Assembly (NCBI GenBank): GCA_964563095.1
Contig: CAZLVD010000001.1
Span: 122,494-176,885 of the forward strand
DNA: 54,392 bases
DNA from: an uncultured Rickettsiales bacterium
GTDB taxonomy: Bacteria; Pseudomonadota; Alphaproteobacteria; CAJXXZ01; CAZLVD01
Reading direction: 5' to 3'
The position numbers were made by a program, and so were the translations under genes. Position 1 is the stretch's first letter. Each line of letters opens with the position of its first letter. The notes below the pieces were generated by a model that was not told where the DNA came from, did not search any database, and saw only the letters and a program-made list of their open reading frames with translations. This document shows, in pieces, positions 36,733 to 45,752 of the stretch.

Positions 36733-38619
36733 ATGTCGAAAAATGATACGTTACAACGATTTATAATCGGGCACTTCTTAAAATTCAAATGGAATATATT
36801 GTTACATATAAGTACAGTTATATTATACATTGCGTTTCTAACATATAGCCCACGTTTATTATGTGCATTAAAGACTATTACGAGAGATTTTTCAGCATTA
36901 TATCATATTATTTATTGGTTACTTGCTGTAGCTATAGCTTACAGAATATATCATTATGTCATTTGGGTAGATTTATTACCTACATTAAAAAGAAATGTAT
37001 ATATTGCCAGTTTCGAAGCATTTTTAGCTCATAAATATACATATTATTTACAACATAATACAGGTCAGTTGACAAAATATTGCGCAGATATATCTTCAGC
37101 TGTATGTCAATTATATACATGTATTTTCGATGAACTCTTTGTCTCATTAGTATTAATAATCGGTGCTACGTTTAGCTTAACTGTATTACCAACAAAATAT
37201 ATGATATCTATTGGCTCTTGGTGTATTATTTTTATATTATTATCTATAGCCACTTCAAAGATGGTATATAGAAAAACGATGGAAGTATTTGAAAATGAAG
37301 CTAAATTGAATGGTGTAGTAACAGATATTGCTCATAATATTTTATTGGTACAATTATTTAATGGACATGCTAATGAAAAAACATATCTTGAATCATTAGC
37401 AGAGCATAATAGAGTAATTGAAAGAAAACTTGAATGGATGTATTATACTATTTTCAGTCTATATAATGTAGGATTTATAATAATAACATATATCAGCGCT
37501 AGATGGTTTAGTTTTGACTATACATTAGGTTTGGTCACTATAGATGATATGTTTTGTTTCTATAATATTGTCTTTATACTATCATCTAGATTATGGCAAG
37601 TGACTATAAGTATACAAAAATTAAATGGTCAATTAGGTAAATTACAAAATGCATACAAGATATTCGATGAGTTATATGATTGCAATGTAGCTATTAATGA
37701 TAAAACCAATGAAAAGTCTGCAAATAGTATTGTAGATTATCAAGATGATATGATTGTAGAGAATATGATTACTATAAAAGGAAAAGATAATCATGCTCAT
37801 ACTGACTCTATAGTCAATAATAGAGTGCTACAGAATGCGAATGTACTTAACGCGCAGAAGCCATTGTACGCTACAGCGCCAGCTCAAGAATGCATATTAG
37901 AATTTAACAATATTAGCTTTGGACATAAAACACAATCAAACTTATTTACTAATTTAAATATTAAAATTAAAGAAGGTGAAAAAATTGGTATTATAGGGCA
38001 TTCAGGAGGTGGTAAGACTACTTTTACAAATCTTATATTAGATCTATATGATGATTATACTGGTGATATTTTATTATATGGCAGAAACACGCATGATATG
38101 TCGAAAAAAGAATTATATCAAAATGTATCAATAATTTCACAGCAATCTTTGTTATTTAATAGAACTATTAAAGAAAATCTTACATACGGTAATCCTAATG
38201 CTACCATGGAAGAGATTGTTCGTGCTGCAAAATTAGCTCAAGCTCATGATTTTATTACATCTACAGAATATGGATATGATACGATAATTGTAGAAAATGG
38301 TGCATCATTATCAGGTGGTCAGAAACAAAGATTAGCTATAGCTCGTACGATTCTTATGCAAACACCTATTGTAATTTTTGATGAATTTACAAGTCAATTA
38401 GATTTAGTAAATGAAAATATAATATGCAAAGAGATTATGGAGACATTGAAAGATCATACATTATTAATAATTGCTCATAGATTCTCTACAATTAAGAATG
38501 TTGATAGAATTCTTGTATTTGATAAAGGTCAGATTGCTGGAGATGGCACTCATGCTGAATTGCAAAATTCCAATGATATTTATAAAAAATTAAAAAAATT
38601 AGGGCATTTTGAAGATTAA
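36733..38619 (+). CDS. ABC exporter, fused permease/ATPase (MsbA/ABCB-like), with a linker insertion of about 60-70 aa
   Basis: 628 aa. N-terminal half has 5-6 TM segments. Walker A GHSGGGKTT, signature LSGGQKQRLAIAR, Walker B IVIFDEFTSQLD, and H-loop IIAHR. Confidence 0.85.
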   Translation: MSKNDTLQRFIIGHFLKFKWNILLHISTVILYIAFLTYSPRLLCALKTITRDFSALYHIIYWLLAVAIAYRIYHYVIWVDLLPTLKRNVYIASFEAFLAHKYTYYLQHNTGQLTKYCADISSAVCQLYTCIFDELFVSLVLIIGATFSLTVLPTKYMISIGSWCIIFILLSIATSKMVYRKTMEVFENEAKLNGVVTDIAHNILLVQLFNGHANEKTYLESLAEHNRVIERKLEWMYYTIFSLYNVGFIIITYISARWFSFDYTLGLVTIDDMFCFYNIVFILSSRLWQVTISIQKLNGQLGKLQNAYKIFDELYDCNVAINDKTNEKSANSIVDYQDDMIVENMITIKGKDNHAHTDSIVNNRVLQNANVLNAQKPLYATAPAQECILEFNNISFGHKTQSNLFTNLNIKIKEGEKIGIIGHSGGGKTTFTNLILDLYDDYTGDILLYGRNTHDMSKKELYQNVSIISQQSLLFNRTIKENLTYGNPNATMEEIVRAAKLAQAHDFITSTEYGYDTIIVENGASLSGGQKQRLAIARTILMQTPIVIFDEFTSQLDLVNENIICKEIMETLKDHTLLIIAHRFSTIKNVDRILVFDKGQIAGDGTHAELQNSNDIYKKLKKLGHFED

Positions 38620-38666
38620 ATTAGGTTATTTAGCAGATTAAAACTATTTCTGATTATAATTTCAAT

Positions 38667-39647
38667 ATGCTGAATAAAATATTGATATACTTTATATCTA
38701 TATATAGTCCTTCAGAGCTCACTTCTTCGCAGACTGGCATATCTCAAGAGCGTGCTATGCCTACCGGTAATTCTGATAATATCATACATCGTCTTACCGA
38801 GGTAGATGTATTATTATATAAATTTCAGACTGTATTTAATCTAAATATGAATAAAGAGTCATATAGAAGAGTAGCTAGCATTATACAATTACATATGACT
38901 CATGAGTATTCAAGATTCTCGTATTGGAATCATATCAGCGAATTGATTCAATATAATAGAGATATATTACGAAGTGAAGTATCAATTTTATTAAATAGTA
39001 CAGCATTAAGTATATTAATTCATGCTGATGTTATCCTATCTCTTATTGAGACAAATTGCATACAGAAGAATATTATTAATGATAAAACATTACTGTATAA
39101 AATAGCGTTTTTAATAGATCCGCAGAATAATTTATTTGCTTGTAAGCCTGCGAGTATTGTAGGAGAATTGATGAGACAATCAACAGTGCAGAGCTCGCAG
39201 CAACATCATTCAGTCTTATCATGTGAGCAGTTACATCAACATCAACAGTGCTCGCAGCAGTATAGGATGCAGTTAAAATCACATATTCTGATGAGTTATA
39301 CGTATTTGAATCATATTCATTATATTACATCTGCAGGTTATAATATACTCAATCAAAGACAAGGTAATATATGCAGTTCCGATATTTCATATGAGATATA
39401 TTTATTTATCTATAAAGCTATACATATTTTGCATGGTTTAAATTGCGATATACAGCTAAAAAAGTTTTTCTTCAGACATGATTTAGCATTATTACAAAGT
39501 TTAATGATATTACATATGTTTATTATACATATGAAAGAATGTAAGCAAATTGAATATTGTATCATTTTGGAACACATACATGGTATTTTTGAGACAAGTC
39601 CGCTATATGCTTTGTTAGATAATAATTTTAATAAAGATAAAGCTTGA
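38667..39647 (+). CDS. Hypothetical protein (326 aa) with a leader-like N-terminus and a Q/H-rich centre
   Basis: Intact ORF. N-terminus is MLNKILIYFISIYS and the central stretch is QSSQQHHSVLSCEQLHQHQQCSQQ. I recognise no family. Confidence 0.4.
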   Translation: MLNKILIYFISIYSPSELTSSQTGISQERAMPTGNSDNIIHRLTEVDVLLYKFQTVFNLNMNKESYRRVASIIQLHMTHEYSRFSYWNHISELIQYNRDILRSEVSILLNSTALSILIHADVILSLIETNCIQKNIINDKTLLYKIAFLIDPQNNLFACKPASIVGELMRQSTVQSSQQHHSVLSCEQLHQHQQCSQQYRMQLKSHILMSYTYLNHIHYITSAGYNILNQRQGNICSSDISYEIYLFIYKAIHILHGLNCDIQLKKFFFRHDLALLQSLMILHMFIIHMKECKQIEYCIILEHIHGIFETSPLYALLDNNFNKDKA

Positions 39648-39680
39648 TATTATTTGTTGAATTTGCTACTATATCTGAGT

Positions 39681-40052
39681 ATGACAGTAAATTATTTACT
39701 AAGAAAACCAAGAGCGCCTAAATCAAGAAGAGCTGATGTGCCTTTTATGGAAGGTTGTCCTCAAAAACGTGGCGTATGTATTAAAGTTACAACAACTACA
39801 CCAAAAAAGCCTAACTCAGCTAAAAGAAAAATTGCCAAGGTGAGATTAAGCAATGGTAGAGAAGTGTTAGCTTATATTCCTGGTGAAAAACATGATTTGG
39901 CTGAGCATTCTGTAGTATTAATTCAGGGCGGCGGACCTAAAGACTTGCCTGGTGTAAAATGTCGTATAGTACGCGGTGCATTGAGCTGTTCTGGTGTAAA
40001 TGCTAGAAAAAATGGTAGATCAGTTTACGGTGCTAAGAAACAAAAGAGATAA
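39681..40052 (+). CDS. rpsL: 30S ribosomal protein S12
   Basis: [11 protein letters not shown]...CPQKRGVC...[12 protein letters not shown]...KDLPGV...[10 protein letters not shown] matches S12. The ORF is open from 39654. It stands alone, without rpsG. Confidence 0.9.
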   Translation: MTVNYLLRKPRAPKSRRADVPFMEGCPQKRGVCIKVTTTTPKKPNSAKRKIAKVRLSNGREVLAYIPGEKHDLAEHSVVLIQGGGPKDLPGVKCRIVRGALSCSGVNARKNGRSVYGAKKQKR

Positions 40053-40320
40053 TTTTATATACTTGTACCACTTTTAATCTAATAGTTAATGACAGTGCAT
40101 AGAAAGAATTATAAGTGCGATAGGAAATTTTAGATCATTACATTTGATACAAAAGAAAACATCATTAGAAGAGTTGTAAAAGTCATGCAGAAAGAATTAT
40201 AAATTATAAAACAGAAGAAAGCAAAAGAACATTAATTTTTTAGTATTCGTATTATCAATATTAAAATATTATGATCTATATAAATCCGATCTATTCATTA
40301 ATTTAAACAGCAATATTATA

Positions 40321-42840
40321 CTACATCTCTTTTTTAGCTCTAGAGACAGTCTTTGCACGTACTGTTGTAGTTTTTTTCTTTACAGTCTCAAGGGATGTTT
40401 GAACATCTGTGCTTTTAGCAGCTCTTTTAACTCTGACTGGTTTAGCTAATAATTTTATAGCATCTTGTAATGTAAATGTAAGCGGATTAGATTTGATTGA
40501 AGTAAATTTGCCATCATATTTAATATAAGGACCGAATTTTCCTATACCAAGCAATATATCATTATCTGTATCAGGATGTTTACCAAGCAACAATGGCATT
40601 GATTTAAGTTTGAGAGCTTTGTCAATAGTAAAATTCTCAGGACTAAATTCATCTTTTAAATTTATAGGAATTTTTACAGCAGATGATGGATTTTTATCAT
40701 TTGAGGCCCATTGAAGATATGTATTATTGTATTGATCAGTGAATATTGAGATTTTTTGTGCCGTTACAGGATCTATACCTAGAGATTGAGTTTGAGTTGC
40801 TTCTATAGAAGAGGTCCAATCGCAAGCTGGATAGTTTGAACATGCTAGAAATCCATTACCTTTCCAAAAACGTACAACAGCCTTAGACTGACATTTTTGA
40901 CATGTATCTGTACTTTTAAAGAAATAATTATGCCAAAGATTTGCTATAAACGGCTGCATATCTTCATATTTGCTTTTAGCCGCTTGTTCTACTTCGACTT
41001 CAAACTTTTGCCAGAAATTTTGCATAGTATTGAGCCAATTCAATTGTCCTTGAGCTATCTGATCTAATTTTTCTTCCATATCTGCTGTAAAATCATATTG
41101 TATATAATTGGTAAAAAATTGCTCTAGAAATGCTATTAAAAACCAGCTTTTTTGCGTAGGTTTTAAATATCCATCTATTTTATTTATATATTCACGAGTA
41201 ATAAGTATATCTATCATATTTGTATATGTACCCGGGCGTCCAATACCTAACTTTTCCATACGAGCTATTAAACTAGCTGCGGTATATCTAGCAGGAGGAG
41301 TGGTATGTTTTGCTTCATATTCGATATTTAATAAGGACATATTTTGTTGAATACCCAAAGTGGCATCATGAGTATGTGCTTGTTCAGCTAATGTATCAAC
41401 GTTATAAATTGATAACCATCCTGCAAAAGTCAATACTGTATGTTTGGTTTGAAAAACTATTGCATTATTGTCGGCAATCTGCTTATTTTTCTTATTATCA
41501 GACTCATCATGTTCTTGATTTTCCTCTTTGATATCAATAGAAGTTTTTAATATTTCAGCAACTTTCGATAATTCAGATGTAGAAAACATATCTGATGATA
41601 TTTCTACAATATTATCTTCATAAGTAGCATCTTTCATTTGTGAAGCTACAGCTCGCTTCCATATTAATGAATATAAAGCATACATGTCATAGGTCACATC
41701 ATTTTTAATCTGCTCAGGTGTTAAATTAAAATCAGTTGGTCTAATACATTCATGAGCTTCTTGTGTATTTTTGGCATTATTCTTATATTGTTTGATCTTA
41801 GGAGATAATAAACTTGAATGATGTTTGCTGATATAATCTCTACAATTCTCTAATGCTGTCTCAGACATTTTTACATTATCTGTACGCATATAAGTAATCA
41901 AACCAAGCAATTCTCCATTAATCCTGACGCCTTCGTATAATTTCTGAGCTATTTGCATTGTTTGTTTTGGGGATAGTTTTAATTTAGACGATGCATCTTG
42001 CTGCAGTGTAGAGGTAATGAATGGAGCTGGACTATGTTTGTTACGTTCCGTTTTATAAATATCTGATATAACGTATTTGGCATTGTGACATATTTGTAAT
42101 ATATACTTTACTTGAGCTTCTGTATGATATACACAATATCCATTGATTTTCGCATAAGGAAATGATATGAGTTTGCTATCTAAAGCTTCTTTTGTATGCA
42201 TCTGTTCTGCTATAAATTTTGACAATATATGAAAATATGTTTGAGATTTAAATTGTACGATTTTATATTCCAATTCAATAATATTACGTAAAGCTGTAGA
42301 TTGTACGCGACCTGCTGAAGAACAGCCTGGTAATTTACGCCATAGTAAAGGCGAGATATTAAAACCTACTAAAAAATCTAGACTCAATCTAGCCAAATAT
42401 GCATCTATAAGATCCTGTCTCATTTCTGATGGAGATTCAAGTGCTTTATAAATATCAGCTTGAGTAAGAGCATGAAATAATACTCTATAAATAGGCTTAG
42501 ATATCTTTTGTTTCTTTAAATAATTTACAATATGCCAACCAATAGCTTCACCTTCACGATCTGGGTCCGTAGCTATTATAATATGCTTAGCTTTTTTAGC
42601 CTCCTCGAGAATAGCCGGTAATGCTTTTTTAGATTGAACTGTATTTTCCCATGTCATTTTAAAATGATTCTGGACATCCACTGAGCTTTTTTCTGGCTTT
42701 AAATTACAAATATGACCATAACTAGATAAAATTGTACAAGTTTTACTAATTTTCCCAATATATTTTTCAAAAATCTTAATTTTACCAGGTGACTCGATTA
42801 ATAATAAACTATTATCAAGGATTTCTTTAAGATTCTGCAT
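40321..42840 (-). CDS. topA: DNA topoisomerase I
   Basis: 839 aa. Toprim (LLIESPGKIK, DPDREGE), active-site region GLITYMRTD, C-terminal Cys4 zinc ribbon (CQKCQS...CSNYPAC), and a basic tail. Confidence 0.9.
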   Translation of the reverse strand: MQNLKEILDNSLLLIESPGKIKIFEKYIGKISKTCTILSSYGHICNLKPEKSSVDVQNHFKMTWENTVQSKKALPAILEEAKKAKHIIIATDPDREGEAIGWHIVNYLKKQKISKPIYRVLFHALTQADIYKALESPSEMRQDLIDAYLARLSLDFLVGFNISPLLWRKLPGCSSAGRVQSTALRNIIELEYKIVQFKSQTYFHILSKFIAEQMHTKEALDSKLISFPYAKINGYCVYHTEAQVKYILQICHNAKYVISDIYKTERNKHSPAPFITSTLQQDASSKLKLSPKQTMQIAQKLYEGVRINGELLGLITYMRTDNVKMSETALENCRDYISKHHSSLLSPKIKQYKNNAKNTQEAHECIRPTDFNLTPEQIKNDVTYDMYALYSLIWKRAVASQMKDATYEDNIVEISSDMFSTSELSKVAEILKTSIDIKEENQEHDESDNKKNKQIADNNAIVFQTKHTVLTFAGWLSIYNVDTLAEQAHTHDATLGIQQNMSLLNIEYEAKHTTPPARYTAASLIARMEKLGIGRPGTYTNMIDILITREYINKIDGYLKPTQKSWFLIAFLEQFFTNYIQYDFTADMEEKLDQIAQGQLNWLNTMQNFWQKFEVEVEQAAKSKYEDMQPFIANLWHNYFFKSTDTCQKCQSKAVVRFWKGNGFLACSNYPACDWTSSIEATQTQSLGIDPVTAQKISIFTDQYNNTYLQWASNDKNPSSAVKIPINLKDEFSPENFTIDKALKLKSMPLLLGKHPDTDNDILLGIGKFGPYIKYDGKFTSIKSNPLTFTLQDAIKLLAKPVRVKRAAKSTDVQTSLETVKKKTTTVRAKTVSRAKKEM

Positions 42841-42994
42841 ATAAATATCATAAAGAAAAAAGCTACCTTTGTGAAGTATATATATCAGAAAACATGATTT
42901 ATTTAGAAAAATTGTTGCTATATTGCTTAAAGGTTACTGCAATGATAGCTAAATGAGATGTTGTATTCAAATCATAAATCGATTATTATTAGAT

Positions 42995-43681
42995 ATGTTA
43001 TATATTATACTTCTATTCTCTTATATATATGCTATAGAAAATACCTCATTAGATCAGCAATCAAATAATATTCATGCTAAAATACAGAATATTGAAAATC
43101 AGAAAAAATTAATAGAAATAGACATGTGTATTCATAACGATCCAGTACATGCTGCATCGCTTTATATAGAATTATGGTTAGAGACATTAAATAATGAGTA
43201 TATAGACAGAGCTTTAGATATTTACATCAGTAAACAGTTATATCAAGAAGCGAAAGATATGTTTGGAAGTCTACAGTTATTAAAAGACCCTTCATTTAAT
43301 CAAGGTAGATTGATATTCTCATGGGGTAGATTGTTATATGATATGGGACAAAATAACAATGATATGAAATTATTAACAGATTCTAAAAGAGTTTTAATGT
43401 CATTCTTAAATATTGTAGGTGAGTCGAATCTAGATGATAGAACTAGAAATTGTCTACAAAATATATTACTCTCCATCGATAATATTTTATCCGAGTCTAA
43501 TTTTGCTCAGATAGTCTATATGTATAATAATTACAGAGATGAACCTATAGTTATTTTACAACATTGTGAAGTTTTTTTACATGAATATGCGCATTCTAAA
43601 TATGCTCCAAAAATCATAGAGATGCAGCAAGTTTTACAAAAAATTATAGAAGATTTGATTAAACAAGAGTCACAGATGTAA
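42995..43681 (+). CDS. Hypothetical exported helical-repeat (TPR-like) protein, weak BamD/YbgF-like resemblance
   Basis: Leader MLYIILLFSYIYA. All-helical with YxxA-type repeats. The C-terminal IVYMYNNYRDEPIVILQHCEVFLHEYAHSKYAPK resembles the last BamD TPR. ORF open from 42953. Confidence 0.35.
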   Translation: MLYIILLFSYIYAIENTSLDQQSNNIHAKIQNIENQKKLIEIDMCIHNDPVHAASLYIELWLETLNNEYIDRALDIYISKQLYQEAKDMFGSLQLLKDPSFNQGRLIFSWGRLLYDMGQNNNDMKLLTDSKRVLMSFLNIVGESNLDDRTRNCLQNILLSIDNILSESNFAQIVYMYNNYRDEPIVILQHCEVFLHEYAHSKYAPKIIEMQQVLQKIIEDLIKQESQM

Positions 43682-43742
43682 TTAGTTACGAATGTTTACA
43701 GAATAGATTGCTAAAAGTATCTAAAAATGAGATAATACAGTT

Positions 43743-44930
43743 ATGGAATTTGTATTATATACTATTATTTTTGCTTTATGTAGTCTAGTATTATTATTTA
43801 ATATTAAGCAATATGGGCAGCCATTATTTTTAGCTTATATAATTATGGGTGTGACTTTAAAATATTTATGTAATCTTGAATTGGATCCTGATATTATGTC
43901 TATGGCCAGTGAAGGTATTATGATATTATTATTATTTATTGTTGGATTAGAATTAGATTTAGAGTATTTGAAAAAAACATGGATGTTAATATTGAGTGTA
44001 TTTTTATTGCAAATTATAATCGTGACCATTGCTATGATATTATTAACAGGTTTTTTTGATTTATCATTTCCAATAGCTTTTTCATACGGATCGAATCTAT
44101 TATTGAGCAGTACAGCTATAGTAGTGAATGTATTGTCTAACATGTCTTTAACAAAACATAAGATCGGTGCTACTGTATTAAGTTTATTGATTGTTCAAGA
44201 TCTGAGTATTGTGCCTATCTCAGTTATTTTAGAAAGTTTAAATAGCAGTATGTCTCCTGTTATGATAGGATTGAGAGTATTTGTAGCTATTGTGCTTTTA
44301 TTTTTATGTATTTTAGGTTTGAGTTATAGGAAAAAACCAGTTTTATCATTGCCATTTCCAGAGTTTTTCAATAAAACAGAAATTATGATATTGACTCTAA
44401 TTACAGGATGTTTGATAGCTGTATGTGGAGCAGAATACTTGTCATTATCAGCTTCATATGGTTCATTTATCTTAGGTATCATTTTAGGAAATATATATGA
44501 TAGACATATCTTCTTAGATCCTCTATTATCCATGCAAGATTTCTTAATGATGTTATTTTTCTTTATGATTGGAATGAGAATTTCTATAACTTATTTTATT
44601 ACAAATATATGGGGATTATCATTATTAGTGAGTATTGTTCTATTTATTAAAATGATTATGCATGTAGTAAGCTTTAATATAATTGGAGTGAGTATGAAAA
44701 ATTCTGTATTGATAGGAGCTCTATTGTCTCAATTAAGCGAATTTTCATTTGTATTAATAGAAAAAATGTCCGCGTATTCTATTATACCTGCGCATACAGC
44801 TGATTGCTTAATAAGTCTCACTGTTTTCTCTATGATAATAGGTGCATTATTTCCAGTCATGATATACAATACTCAAAAACAATACAGTCATATAAAAAAT
44901 AATACATCCTCGCATGTCAATAAACATTAA
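43743..44930 (+). CDS. Cation:proton antiporter (CPA2/Kef-type membrane domain, no KTN domain)
   Basis: 395 aa with about 11-12 TM segments. Layout is typical of the Na_H_exchanger family. Confidence 0.7.
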   Translation: MEFVLYTIIFALCSLVLLFNIKQYGQPLFLAYIIMGVTLKYLCNLELDPDIMSMASEGIMILLLFIVGLELDLEYLKKTWMLILSVFLLQIIIVTIAMILLTGFFDLSFPIAFSYGSNLLLSSTAIVVNVLSNMSLTKHKIGATVLSLLIVQDLSIVPISVILESLNSSMSPVMIGLRVFVAIVLLFLCILGLSYRKKPVLSLPFPEFFNKTEIMILTLITGCLIAVCGAEYLSLSASYGSFILGIILGNIYDRHIFLDPLLSMQDFLMMLFFFMIGMRISITYFITNIWGLSLLVSIVLFIKMIMHVVSFNIIGVSMKNSVLIGALLSQLSEFSFVLIEKMSAYSIIPAHTADCLISLTVFSMIIGALFPVMIYNTQKQYSHIKNNTSSHVNKH

Positions 44931-45013
44931 AATCATAAAAATATGTATATGATTAAAATCATACATCATACTTGTATACTTGTGATGAGATCAAAACATA
45001 ATATACTACTCAT

Positions 45014-45583
45014 ATGATTCAGTTAAAACCATTACCTTATGCGTACAATGCATTAGAGCCAGTGATATCAGAAAAGACATTAAAATTTCATTATGATAAA
45101 CATCACAAAGGTTATGTAGATAAATTAATTACATTACTTGGAAGAGATAATTTTAAATTATCTGATATTTTAGCGAATTATACTGATAATAAAGTTATTT
45201 GGAATAATGCAGCGCAGCATCATCATCATGAGTTTTATTGGGAGAGTCTTACTCCTGTCAAGTGTCAAAATATACAAGATACATTACAGGAGATTATATG
45301 TAAAACGTTTGAAACAGTGCAAAATTTTTTAGATAAAATACATGCGAATTGCGTTGGATTGTTTGGTAGTGGATGGGTATGGATTACTATGGATAAAAAT
45401 AATACAATACACATTGAATCTACATCTAATGCTGATTTTCCACAATATCATCCATTATTAGTACTTGATGTATGGGAGCATTCGTATTATTTAGATTATC
45501 AAAACAATAGATCTGCACATATAAAAGCTTTAGTAGAGCATTTAAATTGGGAAAAAGCCTACGAACGATTCAAACAAATGTAA
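45014..45583 (+). CDS. sodB: Fe/Mn superoxide dismutase
   Basis: LPYAYNALEPVIS, FHYDKHH and DVWEHSYYLDYQN metal-ligand motifs. Confidence 0.9.
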   Translation: MIQLKPLPYAYNALEPVISEKTLKFHYDKHHKGYVDKLITLLGRDNFKLSDILANYTDNKVIWNNAAQHHHHEFYWESLTPVKCQNIQDTLQEIICKTFETVQNFLDKIHANCVGLFGSGWVWITMDKNNTIHIESTSNADFPQYHPLLVLDVWEHSYYLDYQNNRSAHIKALVEHLNWEKAYERFKQM

Positions 45584-45752
45584 AATTTATTTTTCATATG
45601 ACTATTGATATAGATTAATTATGTCTATAAATAAAAATATTATGCATCAGAGACATATATTATTAATAATATGTGAATACTCAGTATAAAATACAGATAA
45701 AATAGCTTGTATAGGTGTAGATGACGTAGTATCATATATCTGGAGATATAAT

